A stretch of DNA of 64,000 nt from Octopus vulgaris (taxonomy: Eukaryota). Under the pieces are notes generated by a model. It made no database searches and was not told the origin of the DNA. It worked only from the letters and a program-made list of their open reading frames with translations. A program made the position numbers and the translations under genes. Positions 40,966 through 55,209 of the stretch are shown piece after piece. The stretch covers positions 20,770,001-20,834,000 of the forward strand of contig OX597828.1 in NCBI GenBank assembly GCA_951406725.2, written 5' to 3'. How positions within the stretch are numbered: position 1 is the stretch's first letter; every line of letters starts with the position of its first letter.

Positions 40966-41845
40966 GGTTAAAAATGTTACTCAGTCTCATGTTCCTGTTC
41001 ATTGGACAGGTGTGATCACTAATGTCCAATGACAAAGTGAGACAATGATGATGTGAGACTCTGAGTAACAGTTTGCAAAGATTTTTTTCAGTTTTAATAA
41101 AAGCATATGACTCTACCTTTGGTATTCAAGTACTATTTTTTCCACCTTACTTTGTATTTATGTGCTTACTCAGGTATATATGTGGTTAAAAATTATAGAA
41201 AACACAAAAAAAAATAAAAGACAGAAACAGGTGAGAGAACAACGAGTAAGGTTGTATTGGTTTGACTTTCAAGGAGATGGAAAAAAGTCTTTGATGTTTC
41301 AAGCCTATGCTCTTGTACAGGAAGGAATGAAGAAAGAAAACAGATGGAGAGAAGAAAAGAACATGGAGAGAGAGGGAGAGAGAGAGAGAGGGGGAGGCAA
41401 AGAGATAGAGAGAGAGAAAGAGAGAAAGAGAGAAAAAGAGAGAGAGAGGAAAAACCTGTTGCACATGTTGCATACACCGGAAGGAAGGAAGTGGTTGGAG
41501 ACAGAGGTGGCAAGGGGGACAACAGTGACTTGGTTAAAGTGTGTGTGAGTGCAAGAGTGTGTATGTGAGGATAATGTGTGCATGGGTATATGTGTGTATG
41601 GTCAAGTGAGTGTGTATATGGGTGTGGACAAGTGTGTGTGTGCATATGACGATTATGTATGTGTACATATGAGAGCACGCATGTGAATGCAAGAGTATGT
41701 GTGAGTATGTATATATACATATATATACATACATATACATATATATATATATATCCACACATATATAAGTATATTTGTATACATACATACACACACACAC
41801 ATATATATATATATACACACATACATATATATATATAAGTATATT

Positions 41846-41889
<44 letters not shown>

Positions 41890-43254
41890 TTCACTCTCAC
41901 CTTTCTTAGGTAATTTAATAATGGCTTCCTAGCACAAAAGACACACTTCTTATTGTTATTTTTCCTTCATTTTCTTATCATCTATATATACACTTTTACA
42001 CACACACATATAGGCATATCTTAGTATATTTGTATACATATATATACATATATTCATACATATATATATATACATATATATATTCGTATATATACATACA
42101 CATATATATACACACACATATATATAAACATATATATATACACATATATACATATATATACATATACATAAACATATATATGCATATATACACATATACA
42201 TAAACATATATATGCATATATATACATATACATACACATACATACATATATATACATATACATACACATACATACATATATATACATATACATACACATA
42301 CATACATATATATATATATCATCGTATATATACATACACATACATATATATATACATACCATCGTATATATACATACACATACATATATATACATACACA
42401 TGTATATATATACACATGTATATATATACATACACATACATACATATATATATATATCATTGTATATATATATACATGTATATAAATATATACACACACT
42501 CACACATATATATATATACATACATATATATATATATATAAACATACACATATATATATAAATATACCCACATATATATAAATATACACAGCATATCTAC
42601 ATATATACACATATATCTACACATATATATAGGCCATGATTGACTGCTAAATTCACAAGTTTTTTTTTATTCTCTCTCTGGTTATTTCCTTGTGTTCCTT
42701 TCTGTTGAAGAGCATAGGCTCGAAACATAAAAGACTTTCTCACTTTCCCAAGCATCAAACTAATACACCTGCTTGTTGTTCATACACCTGTCTTTGTCTT
42801 TTGTTTTTCTGCAAATTTCAACTATATATATGTATGTATACATATATATACATATGTATATGTATATATACACACATAAATATAAATATACACACATATA
42901 TATACATAAACATATACATACACACACATTCACTCAAACAAGCACTGTCAATCTAAATACCGAAATAAGAAATCAGTGGAGCTCAGATAGTAGAGAGGTG
43001 GGGAAGAAGGATTGGCAAGAAAAGCATAAATGCTCAAATAAAGAAACAAATTATTGTTGTAGTGGTTGTTGTTGTTGCTGATGCTGTTATCTTAAGTAGT
43101 AATTACCACAGAACATTATTATGATTTTAAACATAAAGTAGTAATTAATAACAAATATGCATCGCAAACAATCTGGGGGAGCGAGTATGGAGTGGGAGGG
43201 GGGTACAGTGGGGGTGTATATCGAGGAGTGGAGAGAGGAAGAAATTGTGTGTGC

Positions 43255-43285
<31 letters not shown>

Positions 43286-43858
43286 GGATGCTAGGATGTG
43301 TCTTTATGTGTGTGAGTGAGTGTGTGGGTATGTGTGTATGAATCCATGTGTGTATGTCATGATGATCACTGAGGTGAGTCAAAGACTGGTATTTAGGTCA
43401 AGTGTGTGTGTGTATCTGAATAGGTGTGTGTGTATCTGAATAGGTGCGTGAGTGAGTGAGGAGAAGGGTGTGTGGGTGCTATGTCAGTATTGACAAGAAC
43501 TTTGTGGCAGCCTCCAGTGAAGTCAGTGCAAGAAAGGCCAGTCCGGTAGGAATGGGGAGTGAAAGGGAGAGGTGGGATAACAACAAGGGCTAATTAATAC
43601 AAACTGTTAATTCAATCTAAATAGAAAGCCAGCAAAACAGCATTGTCATCAGAACATTAGACTAGAAATGCCTCGTTGTGTTTGCTCTGGTTCCAGGAAA
43701 ACTGAGTTCAAGTCCAGCCTAGGTCAACTTCACCATTTATCCCTTTGAGGGCCGATGAGTAATATACCAGTCCAGAGCGACGAATGGCAAATTTGCCAGT
43801 GTCAGATGAAATGTCTTGTAGTATTTGTCTGAACTCTTTGCCTTCTGACTAGAATGCC

Positions 43859-44045
43859 TGTGATGACATTGGTGCCAATCTGTGCAACAGGCAAGATGAT
43901 TACTGGAGCTAAGCTATGGAACACTTGTGAGGACATTGGTGCCAAGCTATGCAAGATTTGCCAGGACATTGGTGCCAAATTATGCAACATTTGCAAAGAC
44001 ACTGGTGCCAAGCTGTGTAATACTTGTTTTGACTCTGGCACCAGG
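43859..44045 (+). repeat. Diverged 33-bp tandem repeat, 5-6 copies
   Basis: Unit approximately TGC NAG GAC ATT GGT GCC AAG CTA TGC AAC ATT. Confidence 0.85.
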
Positions 44046-44084
44046 ACTGTGTAAGCCTGTCGTTTCCTTCAACAACACAGACAT

Positions 44085-44241
44085 AGGAGTGGCTGTGTAG
44101 TAAGTAGCTTGCTTACCAACCACATGGTTCCGGGTTCATTCCCACTGCGTGGCACCTTGGGCAAGTGTCTTCAACTATAGCTTTGGACTGACCAAAGCCT
44201 TGTGAGTGGATTTGGTAGACAGAAACTGAAAGAATCTCACC

Positions 44242-44292
<51 letters not shown>

Positions 44293-44540
44293 TGTATGTA
44301 TGTATGTGTGTATGTATATGTATATGTCTGTGTGTCTGTTTGTCACCCCACCCAACATTGCTTGACAACCGATGGTGGTATGTTTACGTACCCCGTAACT
44401 TAGCAATTCAGCAAATGAGACCGATAGAATAAGTACTAGGCTTCTAAAGAATAAATCCTGGGGTCGATTTGCTCAACTAAAGGTGGTGCTGCAGCATGGC
44501 CACAGTCAAATGACCGAAACAAGTTGAAGAGATAAAAGAG
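44085..44540 (+). mobile_element. SINE family A, full length
   Basis: Matches the family A consensus. Confidence 0.9.
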
Positions 44541-46256
44541 AACAAAAGAGAACACAAATGACATTGGCTTAAGCAAATGCAAGTCTTCTGCAATAAATTC
44601 TTGCCCATCACTACTTTGGAGAGGAACTTACTTGTGCAGATCAAAGGTCTCATGTGACATAAGGGAACCTCAGATATGATAATCTATTGTAATGAGTACT
44701 AAAAGCCTAATTAGCTAATTAATAATAATTATGTGATGAGGTCAAGAAGTATAATATTAGTCTATGACTTATATTATTTCTGAATATGTTTTGTGTCAAG
44801 TAAGGGTAACAACACCAGCTGTGTTTCATTCTTATTCTTGTCTCATCAGCAAGACATATATTTCACTGAGCCTGTTGAAGCAGTGGTGAGAAAATTACAA
44901 GGTAAATGTATGCTACTGTACACACGTTTGTCATTAAACAGTAATTATTTCGAGAAAAAAATAATAACTCAGAGACACCATCCTTACGGATAAACAATAG
45001 CTAAGTTAAAGTATTTTACACAGTGCACATTAAAAAAAAGACCAAATTAGAAATAATTAGTGACAAAAACAATGATATTAGTCACAGACTATAATTATTA
45101 TTTTCTCTGTTAATTTATTCTGACAAGTAAAGAAGACAGTTCTGGATATGGTTCGTTCTTATCACGACCTCATCAGCAAGGCAGGAACTTAACTGTACTT
45201 GCCACAATAGTGATGACAGAATCATTAATTAAAGATGCAAGATAATACCAGTTCAGACCCAATAGATAGGTAGGTGAGTGAATGTGAGGGGGTGTCAGTT
45301 TGTTGGCATAGAAGATTGAGAAGAAAAGGCATAGTAGATGAGAATATGGTAGTCACATCTCATCTTCTTTGCCCACTTATTCATGGTTGGACCATGGGGG
45401 CAGAGTCCTCAAGCACGCCTTCCATTAGGTCCTATCAGAAACAATCTTTTCACCCCAAAAAAGGGTCCAGAAGGCAACAAAATTTAGTAATATTTAAAAA
45501 AATTAACGAAAAGTTTATAAGAATTATCTTCTTACAGATTTTCTCTGTCAATAAAAACTAAAGTTTTATAGCAAAAGAAAGTTTGAAGATCCAGAAAAGT
45601 TTAAGAAATAAGAAAAACTGAAATTTGAAGTTATTTTCAAAGAATAACAGGAAAAACAGTCACAGAAATGTTTGTGTAATAAAATGTTGAAGTTGTTTTA
45701 GGTGAAAATTTGTTTTCCTTTAAAAAATCTGTGGAATCAAAATGAAAATTAATTTAGAAGAAATACCTTTTGGAAATAATAAAAATGGTAAGAATAAAAA
45801 CCAGAGACTGTACAAAACTGAAAATTTTAAAGATGCCAGAGCTTATGGAAACGAAAAAAAAAAAGGGGCAAAAGTGATTTTAGAAAATAGAAAAATGATG
45901 GCAAGAAAATGGGTCAAGAACAAATCAGGCTCATGCATGAAATCTTAGAAAATTAATTTTTGCTGCTTATACAGAATTGGTTGTTGGAAACAGCTGACCA
46001 CTTTCAGTCACAATGTCTTTTATTTTTTTTTTTATATATTTTGACATTAATGAAACAAACAAAAAAACTAACAAAGAGTAATAAACAAACAAACAAACAC
46101 AGAAAGAAAATTGGTGATTAACCCAAAAAAAAAAAGAAAACACGGACACAAGGGCCATAAAATCTGTAAAGTAAAAGAACAAAACAAAGAATATAAAACA
46201 GAAAAAAGCAAAAAAAAACCAAAAAACAAACAACCCAACTTGGTTAATTTACTCAC

Positions 46257-46390
46257 ATTGACTTCTTTCAAATCTTTATTGGCAAGCTGATTCAAGGGAT
46301 CCAAGAAATTCTGTTTAACATTGTCCTCGAGGGCATATTTGATGTCTGCAAGATCTTTGAAGGCTTCCCCAGCTTCACCTAAGCAGGCTC
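46257..46390 (-). CDS. EndoA: Endophilin A internal exon (134 nt, phase 1-0): GACLGEAGEAFKDLADIKYALEDNVKQNFLDPLNQLANKDLKEVN
   Basis: attattag acceptor, gtgagt donor; VKQNFLDPL..KDLKE is BAR helix 2 of endophilin A. Confidence 0.97.
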
Positions 46391-46585
46391 CTAATAATGG
46401 ATAGGAGATTGAATTAAAAAAAAAGAAAAGAAAGAAAGCAAAGAGTTTATTCCGTTTCAGGGTTGGGCTTAGAAAAAGTGATTTCTTAGCAGAGAAAAAG
46501 CACATAAGAACTCTCTTAAAACATTCTGCTACTGAAATGATTAATTCAAAGAACCACCACCAGCCAACCATCACCACTATTACTA

Positions 46586-46938
46586 TTTCCAATATTAGGG
46601 TTACCATATTTGATTTCCAATATTAGGGTACCATATTTGATTTCCAATATTAGGGTACCATATCTGATTTCCAATATTAGGGTACCATATTTGATTTCCA
46701 ATATTAGGGTACCATATTTGATTTCCAGTATTAGGGTACCATATTTGATTTCCAATATTAGGGTACCATATTTGATTTCCAATATTAGGGTACCATATTT
46801 GATTTCCAATATTAGGGTACCATATTTGATTTCCAATATTAGGGTACCATATTTGATTTCCAATATTAGGGTACCATATTTGATTTCCAATATTAGGGTA
46901 CCATATTTGATTTCCAATATTAGGGTTACCATATTTGA
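46586..46938. repeat. Homogeneous 27-bp minisatellite, ~13 copies
   Basis: Unit TTTCCAATATTAGGGTACCATATTTGA. Confidence 0.95.
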
Positions 46939-47478
46939 TTTTCAAATAATGACAGCGGAGTGCACAACAAACATCTGTCACCTGTACTTTTGATAAGAGA
47001 TGCCAGTTCGTCTTTTACACCTACCAGACTCGTTCATATTAGCCCGATTTGCTGGATAATTTTCCAAGAATTTTGTAGAACAGAAACTTTCCGTAGATTG
47101 GAATTTAAATCCTAATCTTTATAGAAATTTATTGTTTCAAGAAAACATTGTATTTGTATTACTTTAAATTTTTACGATTACAGATAACAACTCAGGCTGT
47201 AACTTCTGAGCCCAAGTCAGGCATATGTGAATGATGTTGAAAGAATGTCTGCTACGAATGATATTTTTTGATACAGAGCATCTTTAAGACGACAACCAGA
47301 TGCTGAACGAAAATAAATTAACTGCGACCAGGCTCAATAAAAGGAGACCAAGTTATTGGCTACAATTACATACTTGAAGTCAGTGTAGGCAGAAATTAAA
47401 TCACCTTACAAATACACGTTCATTTTACTAAATTTATATTTGGGCTAAGCCCAAACAGCCCGAGTGCTGGAGTCGCCA

Positions 47479-47524
<46 letters not shown>

Positions 47525-47531
<7 letters not shown>

Positions 47532-47852
47532 ACAAATTTGGGAATTTTACCAATAGAACCGCAACACCTTTTCCAGGATAACCTTATTGTATGGAATACA
47601 CATAGAAAGTTATATCCAATAAAATAATATAGCACATGTAGTATTGATTAAAATATCTTCTTTCCCCACAGAGTAATAACAGGTAAGTTATATAGATTTT
47701 TTCAAATACTTTTATTGTATTTTATAGTAGGTTTTTTAAACGCTTATATCATTTTATTGGATATAACTTTCTATGTGTATTCCATACAATAAGGTTATCC
47801 TGAAATAGGAGTTGCGGTTCTATTGGTAAAATCCCAAAATTTCAATAATATT
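47525..47852. repeat. Inverted repeat, ~110-bp arms, ~105-bp spacer
   Basis: CAGGATAACCTTATTGTATGGAATACACATAGAAAGTTATATCCAATAAAAT and its exact reverse complement. Confidence 0.9.
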
Positions 47853-47939
47853 ATAAATGATATCGTTTACATTGCATTAGTAAAGTGTAAAATAGTAAAT
47901 GTCCTGATAACCTTGAATACTTATTATTCCCTTAGATTT

Positions 47940-47971
<32 letters not shown>

Positions 47972-49461
47972 TCAAACCAGTCAGAATGTTATCATCAATA
48001 CTGCATAGGTATAATTGTTGGCATGAAACCTATGGTAGCATTCTAACTAATTATATAGCATGAGTTTGACAGTAGACAGACAGACAGACAGGTAGATAGA
48101 TAGATAGATAGATAAGTAGATTGGTAGGTAGGTGGGTAGATAAATAGATAGATAGATAGATTCTTTTATTTTTGTTTGTTTTACTTGTTTGTCATTTGAC
48201 TGCAGCCATATACACATGTACACACACACACACACACACACATTTTAAAATTTCAATTTCTAACACATTTTAAAAATATGTTTGCCTCCCCAAGGTCTGT
48301 GATGGGGTTGGGACAGAGTGTAAAAGTGTGTGTGTGTGTGTGCATGTGTGTGTGCATATGTGTGTGTATAAAACATGAGTGTAGTATCTCAATGCAAATA
48401 TGTGTACCAAAGAATGTGTGTGAGTGCATGTGTTAGTGTGTGTGTTTGTGTGCGTGTGTGTGTGTGTGTGTGTGTGCATGCGTGTGTGTGTATGTTTAAG
48501 TACCAGAGTAACTGCAATGTGTATACAAAGCAAATGAAAGCATGCAAGTAGACATAACTATCAAACAGCTGCCCTGCTCACATGTCTCCTCTCCCGTCCA
48601 CCTCACCCCTTAGAACAGCACCTTTGACACTCATCTTCTGACCGCCACCACCACCACTAACACCTGCATACTGTTCCACTGTCACTGCGATCACCACCAC
48701 CACCACCACCACCACCACAATGTCACTGTCTCTCTCTCTCTCTCCAGGACACACACACAGAGCTTCTGTTGTGTCTGTCTAACTCCTGTGCTAATCCACA
48801 TATGTTAACAATGAATCATAGACAAAAACTAAACTCGACCATAGAAACAACAAAACCACCTTCTGGTATGCAGTTCTTTCTTGCCCTATAAGCGTCACAC
48901 ATCTTTATTGTTCATATTCATTTGAACCTATGTGCACAGGTGTGGCTTGGCTGACAGGTAAGAAGATTGATACCTAACCGCATAGTTTTGGGTTCAGTCT
49001 AACTGTGTGGTGTCTTGTGCCAGGTCCATTTAATACACTACCATCAATTCACAGCAGGGAAAGTCCACTATCATCAATTCACCATTTTTGGGGAGTTTTT
49101 CTGCAATAAAATAATCTTTAATTATTACTGGTGAGATACTATGTATACATTTTCTTGGTCAATTTTCCTCATAGTGAACTTTCTTCACGGTGAACTGACG
49201 GCAGAGAACTTTTCCTGCAGTGAATTGATGGTGACAAAGGTACCTGTGACTGTCTTGTGCAAATATCTTCTATTACAGTGACTTCTGGACACTTCAGGTA
49301 TGTAACCACACATGTGCTTTCTTTGGAGTTTTTTCCTTCTCTCCTCTTTCTGATGAAGAGCCCATGCTCAAAACATTATACACACACTCATTTATCCATC
49401 TTGTATACTGAGTGTCAACCTAATACATTCCATGACTTTTGTTGTTTTGTTATTTCTAAAT

Positions 49462-49523
<62 letters not shown>

Positions 49524-50131
49524 TATAATGAGTGACTGCTGGTCTTCCAGAAACAATCTTGCCCACACTTGTGCCTCGAGGATAACTTTCTAGGTGCAAT
49601 CCCATGGTCATTCATGACCGAAGGGGGTCATTACCCTTTACCCTATCTCAGTCAACTTAGCTGTCAAAAGGGCCAGTTAGGCACTAGGCCAGCTGGAAAT
49701 GCTAACTTAGACTGGTGTCCTTCTTGATACAGAAGGTCTGAGGTCTGGCACATAAAAAGCACCATTCGAGCATGATTGTTACCAGCATCACCTTACTGGC
49801 ACCTGTGCCAGAGGTACGTGAAGAACAACATTCAAGCGAGGGCGTTGCCAGTGCCGCTGGACTGGCTCACATGCAGGTGACATGTAAAAACACCATTTGA
49901 GTGAGGCCATTGCCAGTACCGCCTGACTGGCACATAAAAGCACCCACTACACTTTCGGAGTGGTTGGCGTTAGGAAGGGTATCCAGCTGTAGAAACTCTG
50001 CCATATCAGATTGGAGCCTGGTGCAGCCATCTGGCTCACCAGTCCCCAGTCAAACCTTCAAACCCATGCCATTAAACGATGATGATGATAATAATATATA
50101 TATATATATATATATATGCTTTAAAGCAACC

Positions 50132-50273
50132 TACCTGATGAAGTACCAGCACAGAGATATTGCTGCAAAATATTTATTTACGTAATTCTTTATAAAATGA
50201 TTTTATGTAATGGTATGAGAATGAAAGCTCAGTAACTTGCAACTATTGTCACAGCACTGAAACAAATGTTGTA
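50132..50273 (+). ncRNA. Degenerate hammerhead motif with long loop II
   Basis: TAC-CTGATGA-AGTAC...GCACT-GAAACA(aa)TGTT^GTA; short stems, one mismatch in stem II. Confidence 0.4.
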
Positions 50274-50351
50274 ATTTGTAATTAAAACCTATTTATTCCA
50301 TCTTGTATAAATTCTTTTATGAGTGTGCATGTATATGTGTATTGTACTTAC

Positions 50352-50492
50352 CAAATCTATCTTCTCCTAAATCTTTTCCATATTTAATCATGGTTTCTCC
50401 TAATGTTCCTTCTGGTTGAGGATAAACTGAACTCTTTGCTTGGCCCCGAATTTTCGAAAAGGAGTTAAAAGCCATCAGTTTTGCTCTTGAAG
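50352..50492 (-). CDS. EndoA: Endophilin A internal exon (141 nt, phase 1-1): ASRAKLMAFNSFSKIRGQAKSSVYPQPEGTLGETMIKYGKDLGEDRF
   Basis: ttctatag acceptor, G|gtaagt donor; ASRAKL..SKIRGQ..YPQPE matches the endophilin A H1-insert region. Confidence 0.97.
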
Positions 50493-50662
50493 CTATAGAA
50501 AGAGAAAACAAGGAATAGAAAGAGAAAACAAGGAATAAAAAGAAAAAAAAGTGTAAACAAAGAAGGAAAATGGTAATGATAGAATGAGAAGAAGACAGAT
50601 TTGAACTCATGACTTTAGAACTGGTAGTTCAATAAATACCCCTATCTACCTGGTTATTTTGA

Positions 50663-50990
50663 GAAGGCGCATGGCTCAGTTGTTAGAGCATCAGGCCCAC
50701 AATTATGAAGCAGTGAGTTTGATTCCCAGACTGGGTTGTGTGTTGTGTTCTTGAACAAGACACTTTATTTTACTTTGCCCCAGTTCACTCAAATGTAGAA
50801 ATGAGTTGCAATGTTACTGGTACCAAGCTGTATCAGCCTCTTTGCCTGTCCCTTGAATAACATCAGTGGCATGGAGATGAGAGGCTGGTATGCATGGGCG
50901 ACTGCTGGTCTTCCAGAAACAATCTGTGCCTCAGAGGGTAACTTTCTAGGTGCAATCCCATGGTCATTCATGACCAGAGGTGGTCTTTAC
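50663..50990 (+). mobile_element. tRNA-derived SINE family D (also 52896-53180 and 53203-53348 +, 8232-8483 -)
   Basis: GGCGCATGGCTCAGTGGTTAGAGC head, TTGTGTTCTTGAGCAAGACAC central domain; multicopy. Confidence 0.85.
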
Positions 50991-51059
50991 CCTTTACCGG
51001 ATCTCAGTCCAGGCACTAGGCCAGCTGGAAATGTTAACTTAGACTGGTGTCCTTGTTGA

Positions 51060-51495
51060 TTCAGAAGCTCTGTGGCCTGCCAGTGTGCCCAGTTTATTTG
51101 CTAGTCTCAAACAAATCCAGCTACTTTGGAATGGTCATGTTATCAGAATGGCCAGTCTCAAGACTGCCAAATGCAATCCTCTATTCAAAGCTTGCAAATG
51201 AAGGCTGCAATGTTATTGCACATCATAAAAGATTCTAAGATCCACTGAAAGCAACCTTTGAAAACAAACAAGTTTCACCCAAATTCATGAGAGTATCTTC
51301 CTCCGGACCTCCCACAAATAAGGAAAATAGCTCCAATGGTTCTAAGGTGATTCCATATTCACAGACCTGTGTAATAAAAGGCCAAAAAGGGAAGCTTACA
51401 AATCAGGTCCAAACAAATGCTCTGTTGTCTGTGGAAAATTCTTCTCTATCTGCCAAAATAGGACTTTTAGAGGTCAAATCACAACACACTATTAA
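51060..51495 (+). mobile_element. Old decayed RTE/BovB-like LINE 3' coding remnant
   Basis: Broken frames give QLLWNGHVIRM / RLPNAILYSKL / KRF*DPLKA and SAKIGLL, resembling the RTE C-terminus and zinc-finger region. Confidence 0.7.
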
Positions 51496-52119
51496 GCAAT
51501 CCTTTTCTGTATACACTTTTTCTTATTCTTTGCAGTCGCTAGGTCATCACCAAATTTGACAGACAAACTGTCAGCATCATCTTCATCATCATCGTCATCG
51601 TCATCATGGAAGAATGGACAGCTGGACAGACAAGTGGATGAACAGACAGACAGACAGGAATATATATATATTTTTTTTCTACTCTAGGTACGAGCCCCAA
51701 AATTTTGGGGGAGGAGGCTAGTCGATTAGACCGACCCCAGTATGCAACTGGTACTCAATTTATCGACCCTGAGAGGATGAAAGACAAAGTTGACTCCCGG
51801 CAGAATTGGATGAGGATGAGGATGATATACATACAATTCCTCTTCAAACGATGTCAAATTATTCGCCCAGAAGAGATCACACCAATACTGCATAAATCAC
51901 TGCATATGAATATGCAACAATATGCAACTAGTGCAATCGGAACGTGTGTCAGACTTTTATTCTAACTGGAAATTAAGTTTCAATGTTCAAATTCTTCAGT
52001 CTCCTCAATTTAATATTGTTCTTTACTCTCTAAGTAGCCAAGAAATAAACAGGAACATCGGAGGAGAGCTGAAGGAACAAATTCCATATCTGCCTGTATA
52101 CTATATCCCTCCTCTTACT

Positions 52120-52763
52120 ATCATCATCATCATCATCATCATCGTTTAACGTCCGCTTTCCATGCTAGCATGGGTTGGACGGTTCAACTGGGGTCTGGGA
52201 AGCCCGAAGGCTGCACCAGGCCAGTCAGATGTGGCAGTGTTTCTACAGCTGGATGCCCTTCCTAACGCCAACCACTCCGAGAGTGTAGTGGGTGATTTTA
52301 TGTGCCACCGACACAGGTGCCAGACGAGGCTGGCAGACGGCCACGCTCGGATGGTGTTTTTTATGTGCCACCGACACAGGTGCCAGACGAGGCTGGCAGA
52401 CGGCCACGCTCGGATGGTGTTTTCTTATGTGTCACCGACACAGGTGCCAGACGAGGCTGGCGGACGGCCACGCTCGGATGGTGTTTGTTACGTGCCCTCA
52501 GCACGGAGGCCAGTCATTGCGGTACTGGCTACGGTCACGTTCGGATGGTTTTCTTATGTGCCACCGGCACTGGTACCACAAGGATACAAATTCCATTGAT
52601 GTTCATCTATTTTGATTTGGTTCGATTTGATTCGATACGATTCGATTCTCACTTGCCTCAACGGGTCTTCACAAGTGTCACAAGAAGGAAGGTATGCACA
52701 GGTGGACTGACTACGTCCCAGGTAGGGGCCACGGATTATGACTACGTCCCAGGTAGGGGCCAC
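52120..52763 (-). mobile_element. 3' UTR-only copy of the same RTE LINE
   Basis: Near-identical to 18046-18638, including the three internal repeats. Confidence 0.9.
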
Positions 52764-52775
52764 TATATATATGAG

Positions 52776-52893
<118 letters not shown>

Positions 52894-53451
52894 GTGAAGG
52901 CGCATGGCTCAGTGGTTAGAGTGCCGAGCTTACGATTGTGAGGTTTTGAGTTTGAAATCCCAGACCAGGTTGCATGTTGTGTTCTTGAGCAAGACACTTT
53001 ATTTCATGTTGCTCCAGTTCACTCAGCTGTAGAAATGAGTTGCGACATCACAGGTGCCAAGCTGTATCGGCTGCTGCCTTTTCCTTGGATAACACTGGTG
53101 GCATGGAGAGGGGAGACTTGTGCCTGGGAGGGTAACTCTCTAAGTGCAATTCCACGGTCATTCATAACCGAAGGGGGTCTCAGCATATATATATATATAT
53201 AGTGAAGGTGCATGGCTCAGTGGCTAGAACATCGAGCTTATGATCGTGAGGTTGTGAGTTCAAATCCCAGACAAGGTTGCATGTTGTGTTCTTGAGCAAG
53301 ACACTTTATTTCACGTTGCTCCAGTCCACTCAGGTGTAGTAATGAGTTATATATATATATACACACACACACACCCAGATAGATACAGATAGGTAGATAG
53401 ATAGACAGACAGATAGACAAATAGAGACAGACAGACATAGATAGAACTTAC

Positions 53452-53524
53452 CAGGATTAGGTTGCAGGAATTCGTGAGTTTTATTCATGAGATCTGTAAC
53501 CATCATCCCGAAAACATCCACTTT
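53452..53524 (-). CDS. EndoA: Endophilin A internal exon (73 nt, phase 0-1), N-BAR helix 1: KVDVFGMMVTDLMNKTHEFLQPNP
   Basis: ttttccag acceptor and G|gtaagt donor; contains the endophilin LQPNP motif; splices in frame to the next exon. Confidence 0.96.
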
Positions 53525-53855
53525 CTGGAAAACACCAAAAAAAAAAAAATTGAAAATTAAAATTACATAATTTCAAATGAAGAAAAATCTGTTCATTTTG
53601 AATTCAAAATTTCGAAAATGAAAACATAAAAAGATGAACATTTTTTTTAATATTCATAAAACAAAAAAATTGTAAAAATTAAATAAAAATTTAACTCAAA
53701 ATGTAACTAAAATTTAAAGCTGAAATTCACTTTGAGGCACACAATTAATAAAGACTAATTATATACTAATTCAAATATGTTGATTGTAAAGTGAAAAATT
53801 AATTGTGGTTGTTGAGTTGGGTGCTACTACTACTGCTGCTGCTGGGGAGGATGAG

Positions 53856-53886
<31 letters not shown>

Positions 53887-54049
53887 TTGATTGCTATAAT
53901 GATGATGATGATGATGATATCCTAGATGTGGTTGCTTTGCTATTGTATTGTAATTGTTGCTGTTACTGTCGTTACAGCTATTTAGCCAACCTAGATCAGC
54001 AGCCCTGATTGAGCGGACCAATGATCAAAACCGTTCCAGACATGACCTC

Positions 54050-54207
54050 AAAAGAAAGAAAGAAAGAAAGGCAGGAACAAATGAATGAATGAACACAGGA
54101 ATGAACAAAGGAAAGAACAAACAAAGGAAGGAAGGAAGGAAGGAAGGAAGGAAGACAGAAAAAAGATGGATGGATGGATAGATAGATAGATAGATAGATA
54201 GACAGAT

Positions 54208-54262
<55 letters not shown>

Positions 54263-54365
54263 CAGATAGAAAGATAGATAGATAGACAGATAGATAGATA
54301 GACGGACGGACGGACGGACGGACGGACGGACGGACGGACGGATAGATAGATAGATAGATAGATAG
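54050..54365. repeat. Compound GAAA/GGAA/GATA/GACG tetranucleotide microsatellite
   Basis: Directly visible. Confidence 0.95.
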
Positions 54366-54828
54366 ACTAAGGTTCATAACTCCCAGCAAAATGGGGGTAT
54401 GTCAGCAACAATAGCAACAACAACAAATTTAGTCACTGTCAAGGATAATACCATTATTGTTCCTTGCTTTGTTTCTTGATCACCAATTTTGGTAATTCAG
54501 ATTGATTCGGTTTGTATGTCAGTGAATGAGTTTTCTCTCAGTTACATTTCCTTTTTGGCTACCACGCTCCTGAACTCGCACTCAACTCTCTAGCAGCAGC
54601 ATCACACAATTCTTTCTGTTTTTCAAGTTCACAACCTCTTTGACTTGTGTATGCACACAACCACCTTGAAGTGTGTGTGCGTGTGTATCTACATATAGTG
54701 TCCATTGCTGCGACATCTGTATGAAAGAATCAATGGCCAAACCTGAACTGAAAGGCCACATCTGTGGTGCTCATGTTTACGAGAACAATTGATCGCATTA
54801 CTCAAAATCGTTCAGTAACCATTGCATC

Positions 54829-54888
<60 letters not shown>

Positions 54889-55178
54889 TGTGTACAGATA
54901 TAAATAAATAAATAAATGAATAAATACATATATCGTTGCTTTTATGCAAAAGTGACATAAGTCCAAAACATTGCTTTTTCAGAAAACAAAAGAATAGTTT
55001 CACCATTCCATAGCAAAACTGTTGTACTACACTTTGGCAACTTTTGATATCTTGGCATCTGAAGCAGCCAGAGATACAATAGTTTGACCAAAAGAACCGA
55101 CTATTGCAAGCAAAAATAAATATTCGAAAAAACACATTTGGCCAAATTCGGACATATGACAGTTTAATATAATAGCAA

Positions 55179-55209
<31 letters not shown>

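Noticed and set aside
46546-46993. Repetitive ORFs (YGTLILEIK)n and a CRISPR-like appearance
   Set aside because: Pure 27-bp tandem repeat without spacers or cas genes, in a eukaryotic intron
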